Source: an uncultured Nitrososphaerota archaeon
GTDB taxonomy: Archaea; Asgardarchaeota; Njordarchaeia; Njordarchaeales; Njordarchaeaceae
NCBI GenBank assembly: GCA_964518475.1
Contig: CAZFGR010000004.1
Location: 39,675 to 103,674 of the forward strand
DNA length: 64,000 bases
Direction of reading: 5' to 3'
The stretch's first letter is position 1. Each line of letters begins with the position of its first letter. Shown piece by piece: positions 1-10,676 of this stretch. Under the pieces are notes generated by a model, which was given only the letters and a program-made list of their open reading frames with translations, was not told the DNA's origin and searched no databases. Both the position numbers and the translations under genes were made by a program.

Positions 1-1047
1 GAAGATGCTGCTCACATCGCATTATCCAATAGTGTTACGGGAGTAGAGATAAGAGTGGAGAATACTGAAACAGAATTTGATCTAAAGACAAACATAGAAG
101 TGTCGGGAAAAATAAGTGCGTTGAGAGGCATTGGTTACGAGTTATCGCTTAAGGATACGGTAATTACTGGAGTAAACATTACAGCGGTAGCGTCTAAGGT
201 AGTGATTGATAATTCAGAAATAATGATGCTAGTAGCTGATTATGGATCAAGAGTCTTCGTGAATTCTTCAAGAGTAATCTTAGCACTTCTAGGTTCTGGA
301 GCAAAGATTTGGGCGGAGGATTCAGAGATTAGATTATTGACACCGCATCAGATAAACAAAGTATATCTGGATAATTGTCAAGTAGGGGTTTCGCTTCTAT
401 TAATGGGAAGAAAAGAAAAACTTGTTCTTGGAAGCGGTTTTGAACCCTACTTTGTAACTAATGATAACTTCATGGATTGGCTAATAGAGGGCTATTATTC
501 CGAAATAATTGATTGGAGAGTACTTGCATTGCAGGGATCAAACGTAACACTTGAGTACTCCCATATACTACTGGTCTATGCAGAGGCGAACTCATGGGTA
601 AGACTCATAGACTGTCAACTAGAACTTCCACCCATAGTAACCATGCAGAGCATAGTCGAGATTTACTGGAGCTTAGGAGTGAGGGTATTAAGAGACCTAA
701 TACCAATAAGCAACATTAATGTAACAATATATAACGACAAGGGAGAACTCGTAGCATCAAGTACAACGAATGAAGCTGGAGAAGCCATCTTTTACTTACC
801 CCAAGCCATAATCCTAGACTCCGCTAGAATCGACCTAGGCAACTATGTCATAAAAGTCAAGTATGGTTATCTAGGCGCTTCAAAGCGAATATACCTATGG
901 AAGCCCACATCCGTAACAATTTACTTAATGGGCCCACTCACAATCGCATTGATAGGATTCACAATAATCCTCATAGGAATACTTATCAAAACAGTAGTAG
1001 AAATACTACGAGAGAGAAAGAAGCCAAAAGCCCCAGCATTTCCATAA
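1..1047 (+). CDS. 5'-truncated membrane-anchored surface protein (beta-helix-like repeats, prealbumin/carboxypeptidase-regulatory-like domain, C-terminal TM helix)
   Basis: Frame is open from position 1. Repeating 'S.V.I.NS.I' pattern, 'NVTIYNDKGELVASSTTNEAGEAIF' motif, C-terminal hydrophobic helix plus basic tail. Confidence 0.6.
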   Translation, partial: EDAAHIALSNSVTGVEIRVENTETEFDLKTNIEVSGKISALRGIGYELSLKDTVITGVNITAVASKVVIDNSEIMMLVADYGSRVFVNSSRVILALLGSGAKIWAEDSEIRLLTPHQINKVYLDNCQVGVSLLLMGRKEKLVLGSGFEPYFVTNDNFMDWLIEGYYSEIIDWRVLALQGSNVTLEYSHILLVYAEANSWVRLIDCQLELPPIVTMQSIVEIYWSLGVRVLRDLIPISNINVTIYNDKGELVASSTTNEAGEAIFYLPQAIILDSARIDLGNYVIKVKYGYLGASKRIYLWKPTSVTIYLMGPLTIALIGFTIILIGILIKTVVEILRERKKPKAPAFP

Positions 1048-1113
1048 AATACTACGAGAAAATTTTATTAATGAAGAGAAAGTAGAGAGGAGGATCATAG
1101 AGGGACAAGGTGA

Positions 1114-2475
1114 GTGAGTCTGGACAATATAAGTGATCATAGGAAGATGGGATTTATTCAAGTAACGTTATTATTCGCGTTATCTAATTTCGCAACATAT
1201 ATCTTAATCCCAAACTTTAACTTAATAAAACAAGAACTCGGCGTAAGTGATACTTATTTAGGAATACTAATGGGTGGTTTCTTATTCTTTAATGGGTTAG
1301 GAGCATTGTTATGGTCCTACTTATCTGATGCCCGTGGAGCTAAGAGGAAGATTCTCTTAACTCTAAGCTTTATTCTTAGTGGCTTATTGATCTACATAGT
1401 ATCGGTCACGAAGAATACAGTGTTATTAATGTTTTCGTGGATTTTGGCTGGAGCTTGTTTAGGAGCAACGGTTCCGCTGGGGTTCAGCATAATATCTGAT
1501 TTGTTTCCCCCAGAGAATAGGACCCAGACATTTATGTTGTGGTTCTTTTTTAGTGGTTTTGGATTAGCCTTTGGTTACGTTTTTTCCCTCTTTCTCGGGG
1601 CGTTTTATAACTGGAGATTCCCAGTAATGGTGGGGAGTTTTATCGTGGCCCTGTCTGGCTCTATTCTCTCGATGACTTTATGGGAGCCTCCAAAGGGTTG
1701 GTCAGATATAAAGGGGTTTGGAGGCGTTGATTACCCATATAGATTCAGGATAAGTGATCTAAAACTAATTGCGAGGAATAAAACGAATATCTTCATAGTT
1801 ATTCAGGGATTCTTTGGAACAATACCAAATGGTGCGTTATCGAGTTGGGCGGTGCATTACTTGGTTAGGGAATGGGGCTTATCCGAGATAATGGCTTCAA
1901 CCATTTTAGCGATGGGGAGCGTTGGAGCTATAGGTGGCTTCTTTTTCTCGTATCTAGGGGATAAACTATATGAGAGAAACGAGATGTATAGGCCCTTGAT
2001 AGCTGCGGTATGTTCCATAGTAGAAGGATTATTATTCGCTATATTCTTCATGATTCCTGTAAAACTAGATATATACACTAATGACCTCATAGAGGGGTTT
2101 ATAATCTTCCTAGACATAATTCGTAAAGACCCTACATCCTTGTTAGCAATGGTGATATTCTTCACCGCTATGGCTATGAATCCCGCTCCAGGATCAATAA
2201 GGGAAAGTGTGTTATCGGATGCTAATCTTCCAGAGCATAGAGCAACAGTACTCGCTGGAGCAAACATAATAGAGATATTCTCGAAATCATTAAGTATAAC
2301 AGTTATAGGGATACTATCTGACCTCCTAGGGTCTCTAAAAGAACCATTGACGATAGTTATGCTTATATGGATTCTTTCTGGAATAGCATGGATATATGTG
2401 GCGAAGTATTACGGAGAAGATAAGAACAATGTAAGAAAAGTAATTACTAAGCGACTCCAAAAAAGTAATCAGTAA
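1114..2475 (+). CDS. MFS transporter
   Basis: About 12 TM segments; motif A-like 'WSYLSDARGAKRK' and 'ISDLFPPENR'. Confidence 0.9.
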   Translation: MSLDNISDHRKMGFIQVTLLFALSNFATYILIPNFNLIKQELGVSDTYLGILMGGFLFFNGLGALLWSYLSDARGAKRKILLTLSFILSGLLIYIVSVTKNTVLLMFSWILAGACLGATVPLGFSIISDLFPPENRTQTFMLWFFFSGFGLAFGYVFSLFLGAFYNWRFPVMVGSFIVALSGSILSMTLWEPPKGWSDIKGFGGVDYPYRFRISDLKLIARNKTNIFIVIQGFFGTIPNGALSSWAVHYLVREWGLSEIMASTILAMGSVGAIGGFFFSYLGDKLYERNEMYRPLIAAVCSIVEGLLFAIFFMIPVKLDIYTNDLIEGFIIFLDIIRKDPTSLLAMVIFFTAMAMNPAPGSIRESVLSDANLPEHRATVLAGANIIEIFSKSLSITVIGILSDLLGSLKEPLTIVMLIWILSGIAWIYVAKYYGEDKNNVRKVITKRLQKSNQ

Positions 2476-2551
2476 AACTTAGTCTTCATAACCATAGTCT
2501 TTCTAACTACGTCAAATATTTACTCGTTTTTTGGACATATCTTCTTTATCT

Positions 2552-2950
2552 TCATGTTATTGAGTTTTCGGATATAATAGTTATTTTCGGAAAAATTAGT
2601 GTCATATGGTTAATTTGTTTAGGATTGTAGCTAAAATCATCTATATCTAGTAGGAATAAACCATTGCTCTCCATCTTTAATGCCTCAGATGTATAACCAC
2701 TGCGGGATAGTATTATTCCAATGGTCTTCTTTCTGAACTTTTCCTCTATGGTAATTTTCTTTGACAGAAATTTTTGGATCTCTCTTGCTCCTATCTTATT
2801 TTTTAACCACTTTGCTTCTCCTATAATGATGGCTTCTGGTCCAATTCCGCATGTATTGATCTCTAAATCTCGCCACCAATGACTACCGACGCGATCTATG
2901 ATCGGTATTTCTACTCTATCAATGCTTCTCCCAGAAAGAAAAGTCTTTAT
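2552..2950 (-). pseudogene. Remnant of the C-terminal DUF234/PD-(D/E)xK domain of an archaeal AAA ATPase
   Basis: Manual translation 'RVGSHWWRDLEINTCGIGPEAIIIGEAKW...ILSRSGYT'. No start codon ahead of the motifs (upstream in-frame TAA); ATPase part absent. Confidence 0.65.
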
Positions 2951-2980
2951 TTATGCAGAAACATTCACTATATTTTTTGA

Positions 2981-3030
2981 ATGATGAAAGCCCGGTAGTC
3001 GGATGCGGTGAAGAGCAACCGGTTATCTGA
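2981..3030 (+). ncRNA. Archaeal C/D box methylation guide sRNA
   Basis: ATGATGA (C) - 12 nt - CGGA (D') - GTGAAGA (C') - 12 nt - CTGA (D); 50 nt, canonical spacing, GC-rich in an AT-rich intergenic region. Confidence 0.88.
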
Positions 3031-3109
3031 AAACATAAAAATCTTACCGTAATAAGCGGTTAGAATAATAGACTTTTTCGAGTGAATGTAGACTTCTTGA
3101 GGTTTGAAG

Positions 3110-3479
3110 ATGTCGTACTTAGAGTGAATCGAAAGAGCCAGATTTTCCTTAGAGAGGCTGAGAGGTATTTACGCGAAGGAGTATATTGGGTCGCTTGCTT
3201 TAATGCTCACCAGTCGGCAGAATTTTACCTCAAGGGAATCTGTATAAGAGGACTAATTCTTATCCATTTACACACGATCTCGCAATCCTCTTAGATGAAC
3301 TAGAAAATTGTGGTATTGAGATACTTGATAACATTCGTTTAAGCGCGGATTACCTAACACCACATTACACAGGGACACAGTATCCTGGAACTAGATCAAT
3401 AGTATATGATAAGAGAATAGCAAAGAATTGTTTGAGGCATGCGAAAATCATAGCAGAATTCGTTGAGGGATTATTATGA
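3110..3479 (+). pseudogene. HEPN domain protein, disrupted (in-frame TGA and two frameshifts)
   Basis: Pieces read 'EAERYLREGVYWVACFNAHQSAEFYLKG' and 'YPFTHDLAILLDEL...LTPHYTGTQYPG'; stop overlaps MNT start (ATGA). Confidence 0.8.
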
Positions 3480-3841
3480 ACTCAAAAACAGTACATGATG
3501 CAGAAGAGTTCCTTACCAAGCTTGTGGAAGTTATTGTGGATATTTATTCTGGAGACGTTACAGTTATTCTCTTTGGAGGGAGGGCACGAGGCACTAGTTC
3601 AGACACTGGTGACTTTGATGTATTAGTTGTCCTAAGAAATATGCAAGACCCAATCGAGGAAGCTGTAAAAATTAGGAGAGCACTGCCTAGGCGAAGATTC
3701 CCATTAGATATATTAGTAGTAGAGCTAAAAGATCTTGGAAAACCCATTATCAGGAATATGCTAGAACACCACAAACTATTATACGATGGGTTGAGGATCG
3801 CTAATATACTCTCTAACACAAACTTCTCAGAATCAAAATGA
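3476..3841 (+). CDS. Minimal nucleotidyltransferase (MNT), HEPN-MNT pair
   Basis: 'ILFGGRARG..DTGDFDVLVV' pol-beta-like motif. Confidence 0.85.
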   Translation: MNSKTVHDAEEFLTKLVEVIVDIYSGDVTVILFGGRARGTSSDTGDFDVLVVLRNMQDPIEEAVKIRRALPRRRFPLDILVVELKDLGKPIIRNMLEHHKLLYDGLRIANILSNTNFSESK

Positions 3842-4291
3842 TAGGAAAGCAGATTAAGATATCGTCTTAGAGTTACAATGCACTAAAAACACTGAGTCAT
3901 TAGTCGCTCAGTAGATATTAATGAATAATGAATAGCAAAATAAGAGGCTTCATTCAGAGATATTTGGAATTAAATAAAAGAGAAGAAGGATTAAAAAAAT
4001 ACCTTATCTTGTGCCCTCTATTTCATATTAGTGAAGCAGAATATTGAACTATTCATCTCATATCTATTTTGTCTGAAGTAAATGATGCTCGCTTAGTGAA
4101 ACATATTATTAGGTGCGATCATCATTGAAGTTCTAGGGATTTGTAAAGATTAAGTCGTCGGATTCTGAAAGATTTGATATAAAACGGAAGATTATAGGAG
4201 AGGTTTTTAGGAGGGATTTTTGGGCAGTGAAGTCTCTAGTAATCTCAATTAGGAAAAATATTTATGTGGTTTAATCTCTTACTGGGTCAGG

Positions 4292-4915
4292 GTGGTTGTT
4301 GTGCGACCGATCGTTATTGAGGGCAAATCTGTTGCTCTTGGTCCATTGGTTAGGGAGGATTTGGAGCGGTTATGGTTTTGGATGAATGATAAGAAGGTTA
4401 CTCAGTATCTTGGACACCTGTTTCTTAAGGTCTTCTCTTTGGAAGCTGAGAGGAAGTGGTTGGAGAGGGCTTTAGAGCCCGATGATAAAAATCTATTCTT
4501 TGCTATTCTGTTAAAGCCTGACTACGAGCACATAGGGAATATTGGTTTGCATAGGATTGATTATTTAAACAGGCATGCCGAGGTCGGGATATTTATTGGT
4601 AGGAAAGATCTTTGGGGACGCGGCTATGGATCTGAGGCTCTTATCCTTGCTCTGGACATAGCTTTTAATGTACTGGAGTTAAACACTGTTTTCCTAAGGG
4701 TGATGGAGTATAATGAGAGGGCCATAAAATGTTACTCGAAGGTGGGGTTTAAGTTCGCTGGTAGACTTAGACGATATATCTATAGGGGTGGTCGATACTG
4801 GGATACAATATTAATGGATATCACAAGAGAAGAGTTTAACCGAAACCATAAGAGTATCATAAAAAGTGTGTGTAAGGATGTTTTCAAGGATCAAAAGACA
4901 CAATCATCAGCTTAG
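4292..4915 (+). CDS. GNAT N-acetyltransferase, RimJ/RimL family
   Basis: 'IGRKDLWGRGYGSEA', 'NERAIKCYSKVGF'. Confidence 0.9.
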   Translation: MVVVRPIVIEGKSVALGPLVREDLERLWFWMNDKKVTQYLGHLFLKVFSLEAERKWLERALEPDDKNLFFAILLKPDYEHIGNIGLHRIDYLNRHAEVGIFIGRKDLWGRGYGSEALILALDIAFNVLELNTVFLRVMEYNERAIKCYSKVGFKFAGRLRRYIYRGGRYWDTILMDITREEFNRNHKSIIKSVCKDVFKDQKTQSSA

Positions 4916-5006
4916 CGATGGAATTGGACTATATCTATAACCTCTCTACTACCTTTTTCGACTTCTTAATTAAGTAGTAAAGTGGTATTGAGTATCTCTG
5001 GGAGTG

Positions 5007-5846
5007 TTATGGGAGAAATTTAACCATTTCTTTCGCTGGTCTCCTAGGTGGTGGCTCTGGAACATACTCGGGGTAACCAAGCGGTGTTACTGTGGCTATG
5101 TAATGATCCTTTGGTATCCCTAACATTTCTTTGACATCATCTCTATCCATAGCCGCTATCCAGCATGTTCCTAGTCCGTAACTCCACGCCGCTAGCATGA
5201 AGTGATAAGCCGCTATACAAGCATCCTCTACGTATCGTCTAGACTTGGAGGGGTCGGAACAAATAGCTACTGCTAGTGGAGCTCTACCAATGGGTGCAGA
5301 GTTTCCACCACGTATGGTGGCTAGCTTCTTTAATTTTTCCTTATCCCTGATCACTACGAAATAGTATGATTGAGAATTCTTGGATGTGGGTGAGTATCTG
5401 CATATTTCAAAGATTTTCCACAAGACTTCATCTGGGACATCTCGTTCCTGGAAGTACCTAATGCTTCTCCTCGTCACTAATAGCTCGTCCCCCATCAGAT
5501 AGGGCTCCGTATCGTGTAGAAAGGTTTGAAACTCAATTGTTCGTCCTTCTGGATCTTTGGCGAAGAAATGGTATATTCTGTACTTCTCGTTGATCTTTGG
5601 CTCAGTGATTGCAATCTCTTTAAGCTTTTTATACATTTCATCTACTAGGCTCTTTTCTCGGTAGAAAAAGGTTATTATCCCCGAGGTATCTGCTTCTTCC
5701 CGTTCGCAGAAACCGAGTAATAAATTTCCATGCCTTAGAATTGTGCAGTCTTTTTGCTCTAGCCATACACTCATCCCAATCTTATTAAGATAGAAATTCT
5801 TTATTTCAGAAAGGTTCTTGGTTCTAAAGAATATGATTCCGGCCAT
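5007..5846 (-). CDS. VOC/glyoxalase-like domain fused to nitroreductase
   Basis: N-terminal 'FFAKDPEGRTIEFQ'; C-terminal 'RRSIRYF', 'SPTSKNSQ', 'GLGTCWI', 'PLGYP'. Confidence 0.85.
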   Translation of the reverse strand: MAGIIFFRTKNLSEIKNFYLNKIGMSVWLEQKDCTILRHGNLLLGFCEREEADTSGIITFFYREKSLVDEMYKKLKEIAITEPKINEKYRIYHFFAKDPEGRTIEFQTFLHDTEPYLMGDELLVTRRSIRYFQERDVPDEVLWKIFEICRYSPTSKNSQSYYFVVIRDKEKLKKLATIRGGNSAPIGRAPLAVAICSDPSKSRRYVEDACIAAYHFMLAAWSYGLGTCWIAAMDRDDVKEMLGIPKDHYIATVTPLGYPEYVPEPPPRRPAKEMVKFLP

Positions 5847-5961
5847 GATACCTCCCCAATAAGATAATGCTAAGTTAGGAATTCTTTATCGAAGGAAGAG
5901 AATATGTTATAGGTTTATAAAAATAGTATGAACTTTAGCTGTGTCTTGGGGCTCATCTTAC

Positions 5962-6285
5962 TTAATCGGTTTGGAGAAGTCTTTTTACTTTTTCTTCTAT
6001 TTCTTCTGTCCTAACCTTAACCTTTGTTAATAATTCCCCGAAGTAGTTTCTAAGGAATGGATCTTGCAGTGTACTTAGTCGCGAATTGATATCTTCTATG
6101 GAGTATTTTATACTCTTCAATATATTTGGCGCATTTTTCAGATATTTCTCTTCCTCAGAATCAAGTGTTTCATTGTTCTCCATCTTCTCTAGGATGTCAT
6201 TAATACGACTAATGGTGGATAGTAGGAGGTTCACTTTCCAGAAAATATAGGATACGTCTGAGACCTCACCACGCATTTCCAGCAC
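5962..6285 (-). CDS. Hypothetical helical protein
   Basis: 107-aa ORF with typical composition; no motif recognised. Confidence 0.55.
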   Translation of the reverse strand: MLEMRGEVSDVSYIFWKVNLLLSTISRINDILEKMENNETLDSEEEKYLKNAPNILKSIKYSIEDINSRLSTLQDPFLRNYFGELLTKVKVRTEEIEEKVKRLLQTD

Positions 6286-6490
6286 TTTGTAAGCAATTAG
6301 GTTGAAAAGATGTACTAACGATTCCTAATTACCTATTTGATGCAAAAATATCTTTACTAATTATTTAAGCGTTTATTCCCTACTTTGAATTACTGTCTTT
6401 AATTTTTACCTAAAGTCGCTTAAACTTTTTTGATTTATTTCCTAGGAGTCCTGCTTTTGTAAAAATTTTTCTAAAAAGAGATTATTAGGC

Positions 6491-6755
6491 TGCCTCTCCT
6501 TATCTCCTGATAATAGTCCGTTTAATTTACCGTGTTCTAACCTGGTTTTCTCATTTCTTAGCTCTTTAACTTTTTCATATACTGAATCCCAGAACTCTAC
6601 TTCTTTCTTAATAGCTTCTACTTCATTCTCAATAATTAAGTTAAATGCATGGGATCTACTTTTGGCTATACCCTATTTAGTCATTTTTCTGCTACTTCTA
6701 ATAGTTCTTTTTTCACTTTAATTGAGATAGTAACTGGTATGTTCGGGTACGCCAA
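6491..6755 (-). pseudogene. Degraded RHH-type (VapB-like) antitoxin
   Basis: Reconstructed across frameshifts: 'VTISIKVKKELLEVAEKM.K.GIAKSRSHAFNLIIE...EVEFWDSVYEKVKEL'; no partner toxin downstream. Confidence 0.55.
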
Positions 6756-7093
6756 GGTATACTAGTACCACCATATACTATATGCAACCTTCATCTTAAA
6801 CCTATTTTTTCTACATCATCATGATTATCTGATTCAGAATTTTTATTAAACGTGTTACCAGATGTTATAGAGATTCGTTTCTTGATGAGGATGAGGTTCC
6901 TGAAGTGATTTTGAAGATTTTGTTAGGGGTGGGATGTGTGGAATTTAAGATGATCAAGGGAGATTTTGTTGTTGCAGTGTGGGTTTGGTATATGTGATGA
7001 ATATATTACTAGCTAATAATATTTTCTTCCGTTTGATATGCATATACGGGAGGCAAGGGCTCTATTGTTCGCAATATAGGGGAGGAAAATTCA

Positions 7094-8854
7094 ATGCGCA
7101 AGAGTACTTTGATCCTAACCATTCTCATGATTCTATTAGTTAGTATTAGTTACGCTCTAGCACCACCAAGTCATCCCTTGGGTACTTATAGGGCAGAGGT
7201 AACGGTTAATTATGAAGGATTAGAAGGAGTTCTTAGGTTTAATTTCACGATAATGGCTCCTACTGAGCTAGAACAAAAGGCGGTCACAATAAGAAGCGTT
7301 AATATCGTGAATGGTCGCAATTTGACACTTTTAGCCAGGGGTTATGATTCTTATCCTCTGGAACCTGGCGTAAAAGTGGACTACATAATAGATGTATACG
7401 TGGATGGGGAAATAGTTGTTGTTAAACCTACTCAAGTGTCAGCAATTGTTCATTTGCCGAATGGTCATAATGAAAAAGCCTTAGTAATGCTGTTAAAAAA
7501 CGAGCTCGTCTTTCGATTCGCCATAAGGTACAAATCTAAAATAGCTGTAGCCACTCTATTTCTTATAGCATTTCTCTGGTTATCAGAGATTATCCCATTG
7601 GTAGCGTCAGCGCTTTTAGTACCCGTGATAGCTGTTGTGTTAGGAATAATGTCTCCCAAGGAAGCTCTAGCACCCATGTTCGATCCAGTAATAGCTCTAT
7701 TCTTGGGCGGTTTTCTCCTGGCAAGAGCTATGAGTAAATACGGACTTGATAGACGAATTGCTGTTAATATCATTGCTAGAGCTAAATCACTACCGAAGCT
7801 AGCATTCGCTATAATGTTTATTTCTTGTTTCTTATCATTCTGGATGTCGAACACGGCAGTAGCTGCATTAATGATTCCGATAGCACTGGCTATTCTTAAA
7901 AGTATTGAGAAAGAGAGAGGATCGAATTATGGGAAGCTACTCGTTCTGGGCGTAGCTTATGCAGCGACGATTGGTGGTATGGGGACAATAATTGGTACTC
8001 CTCCCAATGCTATAGCTGTCAGCATGCTTAGAGACTTAGCGAATATAGAACTTGGATTTCTTGACTGGATGATTTACGCCACACCATTCACTTTCCTTCT
8101 TCTCCTAGTAGCATTTGCTTATCTCTACTGGATCCTACCAGTGAGAAAAGATCTAATCGAGGGCAAAATCGCCTTAACGGAGCTTAGTGAAACAGTGATA
8201 AAGCTTCAATTAGAGGAACTCGGTAAGATGAAGAAGGAAGAGAAGTTGACTGCAGCTATTCTGGTACTGACTGTTTTTCTGTGGTTTTCTCAGAAGCTTC
8301 CCTTCAGCATATTTGGCTGGTCTGGACACGGTATATCGTCGGGAATAATAGCATTATTAGCAGGGGTGATACTATTCACAACAGGGCTACTGGATAAGGA
8401 GGATCTCCAAAAAATAAGCTGGGAAACACTACTAATTTTCGGAGGAGGACTGGTGCTAGGCGAGATGCTTATACTCTCAGGCGTTAGCGAATGGATCGCG
8501 GCAAAACTTGTTGTAATAGGTAGTCCCTTCATTATCTTAATGCTTCTAGGCTTTATCAGTTTGATAATCACGGCATTCGCAAGTAATACTGCTGCAGCGG
8601 CCATCCTCGTACCACTAGCAATACCGATTGGCTCAGCTCTAGGAATAAACCCTGTTGTCCCAGCACTGATAGTAGCTATAGCGACCAGCACTGATTTCGC
8701 GTTACCGATAGGAACGCCCCCGACAATGCTTGCTTACAGTACTGGCTATTTCAAGTTCAGAGAAATCGTTAAGATAGGCTTCCCACTAATGATTATCGGT
8801 ATATTAGTAGTAGTCCTAATTATGAGTCCAATATGGCTAATAATGATTAAGTAA
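7094..8854 (+). CDS. DASS/SLC13 family anion:Na+ symporter with extra N-terminal signal peptide and soluble domain
   Basis: 'WMSNTA', 'GGMGTIIGTPPN', 'FASNTA', 'LPIGTPP' motifs. Confidence 0.9.
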   Translation: MRKSTLILTILMILLVSISYALAPPSHPLGTYRAEVTVNYEGLEGVLRFNFTIMAPTELEQKAVTIRSVNIVNGRNLTLLARGYDSYPLEPGVKVDYIIDVYVDGEIVVVKPTQVSAIVHLPNGHNEKALVMLLKNELVFRFAIRYKSKIAVATLFLIAFLWLSEIIPLVASALLVPVIAVVLGIMSPKEALAPMFDPVIALFLGGFLLARAMSKYGLDRRIAVNIIARAKSLPKLAFAIMFISCFLSFWMSNTAVAALMIPIALAILKSIEKERGSNYGKLLVLGVAYAATIGGMGTIIGTPPNAIAVSMLRDLANIELGFLDWMIYATPFTFLLLLVAFAYLYWILPVRKDLIEGKIALTELSETVIKLQLEELGKMKKEEKLTAAILVLTVFLWFSQKLPFSIFGWSGHGISSGIIALLAGVILFTTGLLDKEDLQKISWETLLIFGGGLVLGEMLILSGVSEWIAAKLVVIGSPFIILMLLGFISLIITAFASNTAAAAILVPLAIPIGSALGINPVVPALIVAIATSTDFALPIGTPPTMLAYSTGYFKFREIVKIGFPLMIIGILVVVLIMSPIWLIMIK

Positions 8855-8968
8855 TCTAGACTTTTCTAATTCTCTTTTGATTTTTTGGGAAAATATCTAT
8901 AGACCTTATTTTCATAGAAACCTCGCTGATAAACCATGTGGGTGATTATAGAAAAAATTCGTGAACTT

Positions 8969-9748
8969 TCACTCTTTCTTAAATGCTAGGAAAACCATTA
9001 GTCCTTTTTCATACCCGTATTCTCCAAAATTAAAGTCACCGTAAACCTCTATCTTCTTGAACCCGGCTAGTCTTAATAGAAGTTCAATTTCTGGTTTTGT
9101 GTACCACCTCAATGTATATTTCCAGAAATATTTCTTGGAGTCATTCCCAGAAACTATCTCAACGAGCCTATCCACGTAGATATATTGGTTTGTTGGGTCG
9201 TACTTAGCTCTTTCCCACAATATGAGCTTTCTGGATTCATCAATATCGAGAGTGTAAAAACTGATTCTTGACTTCTTAACTATGTACTCATGGGAAGGTA
9301 TGAACACGTCAAAGGCGAAAGCTCCTTTATTATTCAAGTGATTGAAAACATTGGTGAATGTCGATAAAGCATCATCTAGCGTCTTTAAATGCACAATCGA
9401 GCTGAAGGGGATGATTATTAACTTAAACTCTTTACCTAAACTAAAATTTCTCATATCCGCCTTAATGATTTCTACTCGCTCTCTGACATCCTTGGTCTCC
9501 TTCTCTAATTTCTTCCTTAGAATAGTTAGCATTGATTCAGAGTTATCGATCCCGGCTATCTTATATCCTCTTCTGGCGAGTGGAATCAATACTCTACCTG
9601 TTCCGCACCCAAGCTCTAGTATTGGATCTCCGTATCTTTCAGCTAATCCAGCATAGAAATCTATATCTTCAACTCTAGAACCGTAAAAAAGATCATATAT
9701 CTCTGCAAACGATTTATAGCCATCTTCCTCCAAAGGAGGCCCCTCCAA
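8969..9748 (-). CDS. Class I SAM-dependent methyltransferase
   Basis: 'ILELGCGTGR', 'GIDNSESML', 'ADMRNF'. Confidence 0.9.
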   Translation of the reverse strand: MEGPPLEEDGYKSFAEIYDLFYGSRVEDIDFYAGLAERYGDPILELGCGTGRVLIPLARRGYKIAGIDNSESMLTILRKKLEKETKDVRERVEIIKADMRNFSLGKEFKLIIIPFSSIVHLKTLDDALSTFTNVFNHLNNKGAFAFDVFIPSHEYIVKKSRISFYTLDIDESRKLILWERAKYDPTNQYIYVDRLVEIVSGNDSKKYFWKYTLRWYTKPEIELLLRLAGFKKIEVYGDFNFGEYGYEKGLMVFLAFKKE

Positions 9749-9835
9749 TATAAGTTAGGAGATAGGAGTTACAAAACTGTTATGTCTAAGACCTATAAGA
9801 GTGTGAATTATGGCTAAAAGGAAAGTTTACAATCT

Positions 9836-10060
9836 TTACATAAGGTTTTCTTTCCAAAGAGTATTAGCAACAAGCATGGAAGTCCATAGACTCATAATAT
9901 GGACGATGGCGAAAGATAATATAAATGGTACTAGAGCAAGGATAAGATTAGTTATAAGAGATGGTACATTTCCAGAGCGAATTCGTAAACTTTGACGAAG
10001 AGGTATTAATCCGACCCTATTCAACGTATGTAGGCTTAAACCTCTCCCATCTTTCCTCAA
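9836..10060 (-). CDS. Possible small membrane protein (true start probably TTG near 10024)
   Basis: One hydrophobic segment; overlaps the stop of the upstream gene. Confidence 0.3.
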   Translation of the reverse strand: MRKDGRGLSLHTLNRVGLIPLRQSLRIRSGNVPSLITNLILALVPFILSFAIVHIMSLWTSMLVANTLWKENLM

Positions 10061-10676
10061 GTTCCTTTAAAACATCCGCCTCTTCCTTCTCCTTCCATAG
10101 GAAACGCCAGTAAAATACAAGGATAGTAGCGAGTATTGCTAATGCGATTAATAACCCCTTGACTCCTCCAAGTATCAAACCCAAAAAAGCTCCTATATAC
10201 AGGGAAATCATTAACATAACGTATACATTAGCAGCTATTCTTGGTGCAAATAATAATATAGAAACAATTCCGCTTATCCACCATGCAGCAATAGGCACAA
10301 TCACAAGTAATATGCTTTTTACCCATCCATACTTTTTAACATGATATTTCCAGAACCAGGACGCTGTTATTAATCCCGCTGGTAATGCCCATCCAGTCGC
10401 TGTAGCGTACGCTACCCACTCTTCCCACTTTAACCCGACTTTACGAACATAGTAAATTTTACCAATCCTGATTATAGAAAATGCCCAATGGCCATTAACA
10501 AATAGATCGAGTTCATCTCCGAAATTGCCGCTGATTCTTCTAATTTCGCTAAACTCCACATCAGCGAAAAGACCAAGAACTTGCTCTAAACTCATAGGTT
10601 TCCAACTCTCCCCCCTCAGAGGCCTTGATCCAGCATACTCCCTTAAATTCTCAAGCATCTCTTGAGTTAAACGCAT
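10017..10676 (-). CDS. Hypothetical membrane protein (soluble N-terminal domain plus about 4 TM)
   Basis: Hydrophobicity pattern only. Confidence 0.7.
   Translation of the reverse strand: MRLTQEMLENLREYAGSRPLRGESWKPMSLEQVLGLFADVEFSEIRRISGNFGDELDLFVNGHWAFSIIRIGKIYYVRKVGLKWEEWVAYATATGWALPAGLITASWFWKYHVKKYGWVKSILLVIVPIAAWWISGIVSILLFAPRIAANVYVMLMISLYIGAFLGLILGGVKGLLIALAILATILVFYWRFLWKEKEEADVLKELEERWERFKPTYVE

Noticed and set aside
3125-3127. In-frame TGA in HEPN as selenocysteine or recoding
   Set aside because: The position fits a Trp codon (TGG to TGA) and the gene has further frameshifts; decay is the simpler explanation.
3928-4147. Possible degraded PIN/DUF3368-like gene
   Set aside because: Only faint resemblance ('HISEAE', 'LGAIIIEVLGI') across several stops; not supportable.
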